DNA from: Hypanus sabinus
Taxonomy: Eukaryota
DNA length: 64,000 nucleotides
Reading direction: 5' to 3'
NCBI RefSeq assembly: GCF_030144855.1
Contig: NC_082711.1
Location: 10,974,001-11,038,000, forward strand
A model generated the notes under the pieces. The model did not search any database, was not told the origin of the DNA, and saw only the letters and a list, made by a program, of their open reading frames with translations. Both the position numbers and the translations under genes were made by a program. Shown in pieces: positions 12,790-23,785 of this stretch (its first letter is position 1; the number at the start of each line of letters is the position of its first letter).

Positions 12790-13088
12790 GGTCGGCCAGC
12801 GGTGGCTGGGAACCGCCGGGTGCGCGTCTGGTCGGCCAGCGGTGGCCGGGAACCGCCGGGTGCGCGTCTGGTCGGCCAGCGGTGGCCGGGAACCGCCGGG
12901 TGCGCGTCTGGTCGGCCAGCGGTGGCTGGGAACCGCCGGGTGCGCGTCTGGTCGGCCAGCGGTGGCCGGGAACCGCCGGGTGCGCGTCTGGTCGGCCAGC
13001 GGTGGCTGGGAACCGCCGGGTGCGCGTCTGGTCGGCCAGCGGTGGCTGGGAACCGCCGGGTGCGCGTCTGGTCGGCCAGCGGTGGCTG
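12790..13088. repeat. 40-bp GC-rich tandem repeat, about 7.5 copies
   Basis: Unit gtcggccagcggtggcYgggaaccgccgggtgcgcgtctg starts at 12791, 12831 ... 13071; only one variable position. Confidence 0.97.
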
Positions 13089-13106
13089 AGCGTCTGGGCG
13101 GTTGTC

Positions 13107-13185
13107 ATGGAGGACGAGCGGGGAGTGGGCTTCATCGGCGCGGGGAAGATGGCACTGGCCATCGCGTCCGGCCTCCTGGCCTCGG
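13107..13185 (+). CDS. PYCR3: PYCR3 coding exon 1 ([26 protein letters not shown])
   Basis: ATG in context gtcATGG; GxGxxA nucleotide-binding motif; donor G|gtaaat, phase 1. Confidence 0.93.
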
Positions 13186-16100
13186 GTAAATGGCCTGTGC
13201 TGGAGTGAGGGGTAACCGGGGGTTGGCGGAGCTGAACCAGCGCTCTAATTGTTGGCGGTGAGGGTGAGGGGATGTGGAGGCGATGGTCTCTGCTGGGTTG
13301 GGGAGGTAACTCGGGGGGTGCAAGGGCAGAGAGGTGTTGGCGGTGAGCGGGAGGTCGCCAGCCCTCTTTATTGCCCTGTCTTTCGTGTAACCGTCACCCT
13401 CTGCAGTGTTACATTTGTCACCTTCCCCTGGTTCTCGGAGTCTCCACGTTTATCACTCCCATACAGTATTCTTTCTTGCAAAAGAGTCTCTAGGGAGTTT
13501 CCGGAAACACTTTGAATATTGCATATTGCTATATTCAACTGTTAAATTTGCATGAATATTTCCGGTACAGTGTCGCAAAATCACTCGTGAACCCTAAGTG
13601 AGATTGGCTTTTACCTCTAGTTATATTTTAAACTTCACCCTTTCCTCAGCGCATTGGGAGGCTTTGAATCCCCCCCCCCCCCCACATTTTGGTCCTGTAT
13701 TTTAGGGTTGAATCACCCGCGCCCTCTACCACTGTGTGTGTGCTGCCCAGGGATGCAAGGAGGTTTTGCCATTGAACACACCTCCAAAGACCGCTGCCAC
13801 AAGAAATCAACACCCATCATCAAGTACTTCTTGCTGCTGCCATGGAGAAGGAGCCCCCCCCCCCACCCCCCAGGTTCAGGAACAGTTGTAATCTGTAATC
13901 AGGCTCTTGTACCAGCGTGGATAACTTCACTCACCTCAACACCGAACTAACATCTGATGAAGGGTCTTGGCCCAACATACCCACTCTATTCATTATCATA
14001 GATGCTGCCTGACCTGCTCAGTTCCTCCAGCACGTAGTGTGAGTTACTCTGGATTTCCAGTGTCTCTTGTGTCCACCAGCCTATGAGCCCACTTTCAAGG
14101 TCTCTCCAACTCATGGTCTCAATTGTATTATCATTTGTTGGTACTTGTACCGTTTGCCTTTTGCACACTGCTTGTGTGGCATTCTTTTGTTGATTCTATC
14201 GTGTTTCTTTGTATCTGCAATGAATGCCTGCAAGAAAATCACATGTATGTACTTTGATAATAAACTTACTTTGAGCTGTGTGAACACAGGCTCCGAGGGT
14301 CCAGAGTCCAGAGGTTGGAATTTAAAGCCAAAGACCTTTTCTTTCTTAGGAAATGTAAAGCCTGAACAAGTGATAGCTTCTGCTCCCTCGGACAAGAACT
14401 TGCAAAAATTCAAGGTGAGATTCAGTGAGCGCCCAAAGTGCCATTTGGGTTGGGGACATTGGCAGGTACAACGCTGAGTAACGAGGAGATTTACTAGGAT
14501 TTTGCTGGGACTTGGGGACCTCAGTTATTGGGAAAGACTGAATAGTGTAGGGCTTTATTCCCTGGAGTGTAGGAGAATGAGGGGAGATTTGATAGAGGTA
14601 CATTACAGTGCAAAATTGGTGGATCCAGGTAAGGAGAGGTGACAGGCAGGTCGAGGAGGGGTGAGTGAAAATAGCAACAGAAGCTGAGAGGTGATCGACA
14701 CTAGAGATTTTGCAGATCAGAATCACTGGCAGACACTCAAATGGTCACTTTATTAGGCACCTCCTATACCTAATAAAACGGTCTTCTGTTACTGTGGCCC
14801 ATTCACTTCGAGGTTCAACGTGTTGTGCATTCAGAAATGCAAGACCGAGGAGCTGATTATTGACCTCAGGAGGAGCAAACCAGAGGTCCATGAGCCCGTC
14901 CTCATTGGAGGATCAGAGGTGGGGAGGGTCAGCAACTTTAAATTGCTGGGTGTTATTATTTTGGAGAACCTGTACTAGGGCCAGCACACAAGTGCAATGA
15001 TGAAGAAAGCCTGGCAGCATGTCTGCTTCGTTAAGAGTTTGCGAAGATTCAGTAGGACATGTAAAACTTTCGACAGACTTTTATAGACGTCCGGTGGAGA
15101 CTAGCTGCATCACAGCCTGGTATGGAAACACAAGGTTCGGGAAGAGTCCTGACCCTGCAACTAACAGGCTGTTGAACCAGACTGGACAGCTTCACTTGAC
15201 CCATCCCTGAAATGTTCCACAGCCTATGAACTCTTCATCTCATATTCCAGATTTTTGTTGCATATTTATTTATTTTTATTACTATATAATTATTTTTGTA
15301 TTTGCAGTCTTTTGCACACTGGTTATCCACCCAGTTGCTGAGGTCTTTCATTGATTCTGTTATGGTTATTGGATTTATTGACTATGCCTGCAAAAAAATG
15401 ATGAATCTCAGGTTGTATATGGTACCATATATGTACTTTGATAATACAGGCAGTCCCCGGGTTACGAACGAGTCCCGTTCCTGAGTCTGTCTTTAAGTCG
15501 GATTTGTACGTAAGTCGGAACAAGTACATCCGGTATTATTTAGTGTCAGTTAGTCAAACATTTGTCTTAATATATAGTATATATTTTACCTTTCTATGCA
15601 TATAAAACACTTGAGAAACATCTGTATTCCAAAAATTAAACTACTGTGTTGTTTAGTAATAATTGTAGCTTTCATCGGGGCAGGGTGTTTCACATGCTCT
15701 GTTATTCTCACTTTATCCTTTAAGATTGTTCTGATCGTTGACAAACTGTAGCCTGACACTTTTCCAATGACCGATGGCGTTTCACCTCTTTCCAAACGCT
15801 TTATTATTTCCACTTTAATTTCAATCGTGATCGTTTGTCGTCACCAGAACAGAAACACTGCGGGCGGTGGGTCCTGAGCTCCGCTGGGTCCTAAGGACCA
15901 CTGCACTGAAATTCCCCGGGTCCTAAAGTCCACCACACCGAGACAGGTTAAATGGGACAAGTGGGGGTTGTGCTGGGTTTGGGTATTTGATCCTCCACAA
16001 TATTCTGCGTGGGAATTTAAACTGGAGGTGGTAGTTTTTTTTACGAGGTTGAGTTGCGAGCTCGACATCAACCCGGCACAGATGGACAGTGCGCTCGGGA

Positions 16101-19100
16101 GCAGCCTGTCACTGGATCAAAATCAGGAACCTCCGTTCTTGAGCCCGGTGCTGATCTCACTGCGCCACCAGCTGACCGGAAAAGGGGGCGGGGGGGTCAG
16201 GGTGAATCTTGCTAAGAAAATTTTAAGCCAAATACAAAGTTACACACTCAACACAGTGTCAACGGCAACAACTTAAAATGGCGGGCGGCATCATGATCCA
16301 ACTTAAAATGGAGGACGGCGTTCTCCTTCCTCGGTTCGTAAGTACAAGTTGTTCGTAAGTCAGACGTTCGTAAATCAGGGACTACCTGTACATTAACTTT
16401 GAACTTCCTGTCAGCTTGAATCAGTCTGGCCATTCTCTGACTTCAAGGTTTGACGTGTTGTGCATTCAGAGATGCTCTTCTCCACACCACCGTTGTAATG
16501 TTTGGTTATTTGAGTTACTGTCGCCTCCCTGTCAGCTTGAACCAGTCTGGCCTTTCTCCTTCACTCATTGACATGGCATTTTTGCCCACAGAACTACCAC
16601 TCTCTGGTTTCTCACACCATTCTTTATAAACTCTAGAGGCTGTTATGTGTAAAAATCCCAGGAGATCAGCAGTTTCTGAGATACTCAAACCACCCCATCT
16701 GGCACCAACAATTATTCTGTGGTCAAAGTCACTTAGATCACATTCCCTTCCCCAAACTGAACCTCTTGACCTTGTCTACATGCTGTTATGTATTAAGTTC
16801 CTGCCACATGATTGGCTGATTAGATATTTGCATTAATCGAGACATAGAAAACCTACAGCAAAATACAGGCCCTTCAGCCCATGATGCTGTGCCAAACATG
16901 TACTTACTTTAGAAATTACCCAGGGTTACCCAAAGCCATCTATTTTTCTAGACTCCATGTACCTATCCAGGAGTCTCTTAATATACTCTATCATATTCGT
17001 GCCTCCACACTGTCACCGGCAGCCCATTCCACACACTCACCACCCTTGGCATAAAAAACTTGCCCCTGAGTACCCCTCTGTACCTGCTTCCAAGCACCTT
17101 ACAACTGTGCCCTCTCGTGGCAGCCATCTCAGCCCTGGGAAAAAGCCTCTGACTACCCACTGAATCAATGCCTCTCATTATCTTGTACACCTCTATCAGG
17201 TCACCTCTCATCCTCCGTTGCTCCAAGGAGAAAAGGCCGAGTTCACTCAACCTGTTTTCATAAGGCATGCTCCCCAATCCAGGGAACATCCTTGTAAATC
17301 TCCTCTGCACCCTTTCTATGGTTTCCACATCCTTCCTGTAGTGAGGCGACCATATACAGGTTTACCCAATAAAGTGGCCACTGAGTGTTCATGGAAACAG
17401 ACAGTGAAGCACGACTTAAGGACGTGCTGGGAAAAGCCTGTAAGTGTCACCACACACTCCAGCACCAATGTGGCATTTCCACGACGCTTGGCAGATCAAC
17501 ACAGAACACAAACAAAAACAAAACAAGCACTGAGTATTGCCCGTCACAGCCAGCAACATGGCGATGTCCATTAAAGCTCTTCACCCACCCACCCTGGCAT
17601 CGATGTGGTGGGCTGAATGGCCTGTTTCCGAGCAGTGGGGTGGCCTACCTTTCCTCCCTCCGGACTTCCTTCTTTTCCTCTGTGTCCAATAGGAAGCTGG
17701 GATGCAGACGACACACGACAACGTCAGTGTGGTGAAAAATTGTACTGTCCTTTTCCTGGCCGTCAAGCCACCCATCCTGCCTCATGTCCTGGAGAGCATT
17801 TCGCATTTCGTCACACCCGAGCACCTCATTATCTCTGTGGCAGCTGGAATCACCGTCGAAACACTGGAGAACGTGAGTAGGCAGCTGTGTGCTGGAGTCA
17901 CTCAGCCCACTATTTTGCCGAGTAAGCTGGGGGGAGATTTGCAATAAATGGACATATGCTTTTAAGAACATGAGATATAGGAACAGAACTAGGCCACTTG
18001 CCCCATTGAGTCTACTCTGCTATTCCATCATGGCTGATTTATTTCTTCCCCCCCCCCCAACCCATTTCTCCTGCCTTCTCCCCATAACCTTTGACCCTGG
18101 TGAATCACAAACCTATCAATCTCTACTTTAAATATGGTCAATGACTTGGCCCCAACAGCCATCTGCAGCGTTGAATTCCACAGATTCATCGCCCTCTGGC
18201 TGAAGAAATTCCTCCTCCTCTATTCTAAATGAACATCCTTGTATTCTGAGGATGCACCGTCTGGTCACAGACTCCCCCACTTTAGACTCCTGCACTTTAG
18301 GCACTGCCTTTTTAAGGTGTCCCCAATAGCTGTCCGCCTTGAATTTTAGCCTCCCCTGACTAATGAGGACGACCTTTCCACACCCCCTCTATCCCGGCGT
18401 TTCAGTTTGCTCTAACTGTGGAGCGATTAACGAAGCATTGGACTTGTATTGCAGAGACTCCTTGGTGACAGTGCAGTAATTTTCTCCTCAGTGCCTGCCT
18501 GCGGACAGCAGGGTAGTGCGGATGATGCCAAACTTGCCGTGCGTGGTGCAGCAGGGCACGATAGTGTTCTGTCGTGGAACGAACGCCAAGGAGCAGGACG
18601 GGGCTCTCCTGAAGAGCCTCTTGTCTTCCCTCGGTGTGTGTGAGGAAATACCGGAATCCTACATCGACATCCACACGGGAGTCAGCGGGAGCGGCGTGGC
18701 ATACGTACGTACAGAGGGGGCAATTTCTCTTTTTACTTCAAAGTCCCAGCATTTGCAGTTTCTGATTTTTAAGGACCGTAAGACATAGGAGTTGAATTAG
18801 GCCATTCGCACCGCTGTGTCTGTCCGCCACCCCATCGTGGTTCATTTATTATCCCTCTCAACCCCCTCCTCCTGCCTTGTCCCCGTAATCTGTGGTGCCC
18901 TGACTAACCAAGAACCTCTCAACACCCTCTTTACTCTTAAATATACCCAACGACTTGGCCTCCACAGGTGTACATGGCAGATTCACCATGCTGGTAAAGA
19001 AATTCCTCCTCATCTCTATCCTAAAGGGATGCCCCTCTATCCTGAGGCCATGCTCTCTGGTCCTAGACTCCCTGCTAAGGGAAACATCCTCTCCACATCA

Positions 19101-20956
19101 GTTCTATCTAGGTCTTTCAACATTTGATGGCGATCTCCCCCCCCCCCCGCCCCCATTCTTCTAATTTCCAGCGTGCACAGGCCCAGACCAATTCCAATGC
19201 TCCTCATACATTAACCCTTTCATTCCTGAGATAACTAGTAAAATAAAATAAATTATTCTATTTATAATGCAATTCTTCCTCTGGCTCTCTCTTTCCCACA
19301 GGTTTACATGTTTGCTGAGGCTCTGGCAGACGGGGCTGTGAAGATGGGAATGCCATACGAGCTGTCGAAGAAGCTGGTAGCGCACACACTGATGGTAGGT
19401 GACGTTTGGCCGTTTCTTCAGTTCTGGTTGCCTCATAGGAAGGATGTGACCATAACACATAGGAGCAGAATAGGCCATTATTCAACCCATCGAGTCTGCT
19501 CCACCATTCCATCAAGATTGAATTATTAACCCTCTCAACCCCATTCTCCTGCCTTCTGCCTGTAACCTTTGTATCCTTACTAATCAAGAACCTATCAACC
19601 CCCAGTGACTTGTCCACTACAGATTCACCACCTTCTGGCCAAAGAAAATCCTCACCTATTTTCCAAATGGGCCTCCATCTATTTCGTTCTAAATGGGCAT
19701 CATTCTATTTTGAGGCTGTGCCCTCTGGTCCTATTTTCCCTTGTTATAGGAAACATCCTTTCCACATTCACTTTGTCTAGGCCTTTGAATATTCCAGACA
19801 TTTCAGTGAGAACCCCATCATTCTTCAGAACTCCAGTGAGCACAGGCCCAGAGCCATCAAACATTCCTCATACATTAACCCTTTCATTCCCATGAACCTC
19901 CTCTGGACTCTCTCCCATGACTGTACATCCTTTCCTGGATAAAAGGCCTAAAGCTGCTCACAGCCTCGGCATTACATCCTTGCTTTTATATTCCAGTCCT
20001 GAAATGAATACTAACATTGCAATTGCCTTCCTTACCACTGACTCAGCCTCCGTGAACCTTTAGGGAGAGCTGCACAAAGACTCCCAAATCCTTCTGATTT
20101 TGTGGAAGCTCTAGGGAGGATGCTGAGGAGATTTGCTAGGATATCATTCAACCTATCCTGTCATGAGGATAGGCTGAATGAGCGAGGGCTTTTGTCTTGG
20201 AACTGAAGGAGGATGAGAAGTGACTTGATAGAGCTGTATAAGTTGATAACATTTCCCCCTCACCTCAAGCCTACGCCTCTAGTTTTTATTCTCCTTTGTT
20301 GTAGTAAGTGCCCTGACTAACCTGCTCATCGAAAGCCTCTCCCCTTAGCGAGGCAGGCGCTGGCCTGCGTAAAGGAGCACTGCAGAGGAAGACAAGTACA
20401 ATAACAAGATTTAAAAGGCATTCGGACAGGCAGATGGGTGCCACCACAGCGTAGCAGTTAGCACAACACTATTACAGCTCAGGGCATTCGGATTTCGAGT
20501 CTTACATCATCTGTGAAGAGCCTCCGTGGAGGGCGTGGATTTCCTCCTGGGGCTCTGGTTTCCAACCACAATCCAGAGACGTTCATGATTAGTAGGTTAA
20601 TCGGTCATTGTAAATTGTCCCATATTTGGGCTAGGGTTAAATCGGGGGTCGCTGACACAAACAACGCATTTCACTGTAAGTGTTGTTGTACAGGTGACAA
20701 ACAAAATTAAAATCAGGCTGAATTTGCTGTCAGTAACCTCTTTCTCTCTCTTTGTGCTGTGTGTTTTTCCCAGGGAGCTGCAAAGATGATTATGGAGACT
20801 GGGGAACACCCGGCAAAATTGAAGAGTGACGTGTGCACCCCAGGTGGGACCACCATCCACGGCCTGTATGCGCTGGAGAAGGGGAACTTGCGTAGCACCG
20901 TCATGAGTGCTGTAGAAGCTGCAACGAACCGGGCCCGTGAACTGGGTAAACAATAA
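13107..20956 (+). CDS. PYCR3: Pyrroline-5-carboxylate reductase 3, whole spliced gene: join(13107-13185,14350-14414,17693-17872,18492-18704,19302-19394,20774-20956), 270 aa
   Basis: All introns are GT-AG and phases match (79+65+180+213+93+183=813 nt). Has the Rossmann motif [10 protein letters not shown], plus [29 protein letters not shown] and DVCTPGGTT. The [17 protein letters not shown] and DIHTG segments and the short C-terminus fit PYCR3 rather than PYCR1/2. Confidence 0.96.
14350..14414 (+). CDS. PYCR3: PYCR3 coding exon 2 ([22 protein letters not shown])
   Basis: Acceptor ttttctttcttag|, donor AAG|gtgaga; 65 nt restores phase 0. Confidence 0.93.
15447..16388 (-). mobile_element. Internally deleted Tigger/pogo DNA transposon, 942 bp
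   Basis: 24-bp imperfect TIRs (caggcagtccccgggttacgaacg / cgttcgtaaatcagggactacctg), TA duplications at both ends, CENP-B/psq-type HTH remnant ([16 protein letters not shown]...[10 protein letters not shown]). Confidence 0.9.
16839..17352 (-). mobile_element. CR1-type LINE 3' fragment
   Basis: ORF 16978-17328: [14 protein letters not shown]...[12 protein letters not shown]. Confidence 0.9.
17693..17872 (+). CDS. PYCR3: PYCR3 coding exon 3 ([10 protein letters not shown]...[13 protein letters not shown])
   Basis: Pyrimidine tract then aatag|, donor AAC|gtgagt; 180 nt; FLAVKP and ISVAAG motifs. Confidence 0.95.
18492..18704 (+). CDS. PYCR3: PYCR3 coding exon 4 ([16 protein letters not shown]...SGSGVAY)
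   Basis: Acceptor tttctcctcag|, donor TAC|gtacgt; 213 nt. Confidence 0.95.
19302..19394 (+). CDS. PYCR3: PYCR3 coding exon 5 ([18 protein letters not shown]...HTLM)
   Basis: Acceptor ctttcccacag|, donor ATG|gtaggt; 93 nt. Confidence 0.95.
20774..20956 (+). CDS. PYCR3: PYCR3 last coding exon ([27 protein letters not shown]...ELGKQ*)
   Basis: Acceptor tttttcccag|; P5CR signature region; TAA at 20954-20956. Confidence 0.95.
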   Translation, partial: GAAKMIMETGEHPAKLKSDVCTPGGTTIHGLYALEKGNLRSTVMSAVEAATNRARELGKQ

Positions 20957-21624
20957 GCACCCGTTTTGCAGGCTTCAGCTTCAGCGATGTGGGAGAGTGG
21001 GGTGCAAATCCTCCTGATCCACATGAACTTAAGCTTTATCTTCATCAACCATCTGATCTCATTATTATAAATACAACATACAGTGACGTCGTTACTGATT
21101 ATCTCCTACCCGTGACGCAAGGCACCATGTTTAGGTAAAACTACCTTTTCTCAAATTGGGAGATCATAGAGTCATACAAAGCCCTTCAGCCCATCTATTC
21201 TGTACTGAACTGTCATTCTGCCAATGACCTGCATCCGGATCATAGCCCTCCCACTTATGTAGTTATCCAACTTCAACGTTGAAATCAAACTTGTATCCTC
21301 TGCATCTGCTGGCAACCTATTCAACATTCTCACCACCCTCTGAGTGAAGGAGTTTCCTTTAAGTGTTTCACCTTTCACCCTCAACCTATGACCTCTAGTT
21401 CAAGTCATCCAACCTCAATGGAAAAGGCCTGCTTGCATTTACCCTATTTATACCCCACATAATTTTGAATACCTCTATTAAATCTCCCCTCATTCTCCTA
21501 TGGTTCAGAGACTAAAGTCCTAACCTACTCAACCTTTCCCCATAACTCGTGTCCTCAAGTCTTGGCAGTGACATCGCCTGGGACAGTCAGTGGACTTTAT
21601 TTAAATTGAGCCTCCCAAGGATGG

Positions 21625-21900
21625 GAGGCACGGTAGCATAGTGGTCAGTGCGATGTTATTACAACTCGGAGCATCGGAGTTGGGAGTTCAAAGTAAGGAG
21701 TTTGTACGTTCTCCCCTGAACCATGTAGTTTTCCCCGGGTGCTCCAGTTTCCTCCCACAGTCCAAGGATGTACCAGGTATGTCAATTGGTCATTGTAAAT
21801 TGTCCTGTGATTAGGTTAGGGTTGCTCGGGTTTGTCAGAGGCTGCTGTGGCAGCCCAGCTCAAAGGCTCTACTTGACACTGCATTGCTAAAATTAAAAAA
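21625..21900 (+). mobile_element. tRNA-derived HE1/V-SINE-like SINE (representative; others near 3980, 20437, 35672, 37265, 40635, 47985, 56125, 57620, 59330)
   Basis: A-box-like ggcacggtagcatagtgg, B-box-like gagttcaa, conserved core gggtgctccagtttcctcccaca. Confidence 0.75.
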
Positions 21901-22859
21901 AAATCAGCGATGGTGATTGAATGTGAAGGCCTGGTTTCTATCTGATTCACTTTCCTTGGCAGTGCTGTTATTGGAGCTTGGTGAAGCCGTGTCATTAAAA
22001 GCTGGAAATTTCTCACAGTTTGTCCTTTTAGCAACAGTCCTCTGCTGGTTTTAAGAAAGGGGGAATTTTTAGAATTGTTCCCCCCCCACCCAATTCTTCA
22101 GTTAACATACAGTTAGTAGGGGGACTGGTTCCTTCAGGTTGTCATAGCTGGGGGAGGGGGGGTGGTGGCTGGTCGTGCGGATAGGCTCCCCTGACCTATT
22201 ACATGCTTCCAATGACATGCATCTCAAACCAACTCCAGCTCCTGGCCTTCACGTATGGCTTAGCTACTAAACCCAGCAGAACCGCAGAAGGGACAAAGGT
22301 GCTTCAGACAGGTGAGGCCCAGCCGTCTTTGCGGTTCCTTTGGGTTTGTCAGCTGTGAGGAGGAGGGGAGCCGACTTCATGGGCTTGCTCTCCATATTTC
22401 CCTGGCTTGCGTATCACGTAGACAAGTGGGATGCGACATCTGTGGTCAACCCGGACCAACAGACGGCCCTCAGTAGGAGGTCTACACCTCCCCACCCCTT
22501 CAGTTAACACAGGGATAGTACGTTGGAGCACTCCGCAGACTAAGATCAGCAGGTGCTCAGGACAAAGTCCACCGTGGTCAGTGGGGTGTGAGACAGAGTT
22601 CAGAGTCCATCAATGGTGAGTCCTGGAGTTAATAGCAAAGATTGAAGACCAAAGTCGGTGAGTCCAAAAGTCAAGGCCCAATAGTCAAAGCCATCGGAGG
22701 TCATTCTGTGTGGGTGGGTGGGAGGGAGGAAATGGGATTCTTTTGCTGCCGTCATTGTCGTTTCTGCTGAACATTGTGGACGTACTATGTTGGCAGCAGA
22801 ACACGTAGCAACACTTGCAGGCGGCTCCAGCACACCCTCGGTCGTGTGGGTTGTTAACA

Positions 22860-23785
22860 CGGAGGGTTGGAGGATAGCCAGTGTCATTCCACTGTTGAAA
22901 TAAAGGTTCTAAACATAAACCAGGAACTTTTACACTGGTGAGTCTGACTTCAATTGTGGGAAAGTTATTGGAAGGTATTCTAAGAAACTGGATGTATAAA
23001 TATGTGGATAGATAAGGACTGATTAAGGACAGTCAGCATGGCTTCATGTGTGGTAGGTCATATCTAACCAACCTTATATAGAGTTTTCAAGGAAGTTACC
23101 AAGAGGGTACCAGAAGTTTCTTAAGATACATAACGTGTAAAAGAGAAGCAAGAGTGCGGACAACAAAATGGTGGACAAACTGAGCATTTTGAATCAGTCT
23201 TCACTGGGGAAGACACAAGCGGTATGGTGGAAGTTCCAGTTGTCAGGGGTCATGAAGTGTGTGAAGTTACCATTACAAGAGTATGTAGGTAGATAAGTCA
23301 CCTGGACCAGACAGTGTACACCCCAGGGTTCTGAAAGAGGTGGCTGAAGAGATTCTGGAGGTATTAGTAATGATCTTCCCAGAATCAGTAAATTCTGGAA
23401 TGGTTCTGGAAGACTGGAACATTGCAAATGTCACTCCTCTCTTCAAGAAGGAAGAGAAACATAAGAAAGGAGATTACAGGCCAGTTCGTCAGACCTGGTT
23501 GGGAAGATGTTGGAGTCAATTATTAAGGATGTGGTTTCGAGTGACTTGGAGGTACACGATAAAACAGGCTGTAGTCAGCCTGGTTTCCTCAAGGGAAAAT
23601 CTTGCCTGACATATTTGTTGGAATTCTTTAAAGAAATAACAAGTAGTTATGGACAAAGGAGAATCAGTTGATGTTGTGTACTTGGATTTTCAGAAGGCCT
23701 TTGACAAGGTGCGACACACGAGGCTGCTTAACAAGCTATGAGCCCATGGTATTACAGGGAAGATTCTAGCATGGATAAAGCAGTG
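22860..23785 (+). mobile_element. Decayed CR1 RT fragments
   Basis: DWNIANVTPLFKK...DYRPV and YLDFQKAFDKV remnants. Confidence 0.85.

Larger units (their letters stand above)
14734..17387 (-). mobile_element. Non-autonomous Tc1-like element fragmented by later insertions
   Basis: TIR-like ends cactcaaatggtcactttattagg and ccaataaagtggccactgagtg; internal pieces at 14734-14840 and 16394-16836 match the reverse of 63180-63659. Confidence 0.65.

Noticed and set aside
12790-13088. CRISPR-like regular array
   Set aside because: Head-to-tail units with no unique spacers, no cas genes, vertebrate context.
12519-13189. Long repetitive ORFs on both strands (229, 200, 161 aa)
   Set aside because: They arise from the stop-free 40-bp repeat; only 13107 onward resembles a real protein.
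15586-15813. Tigger HTH ORF as a TIGD5 orthologue
   Set aside because: It lies in a TIR- and TA-flanked deleted transposon inside a PYCR3 intron and has no catalytic domain.
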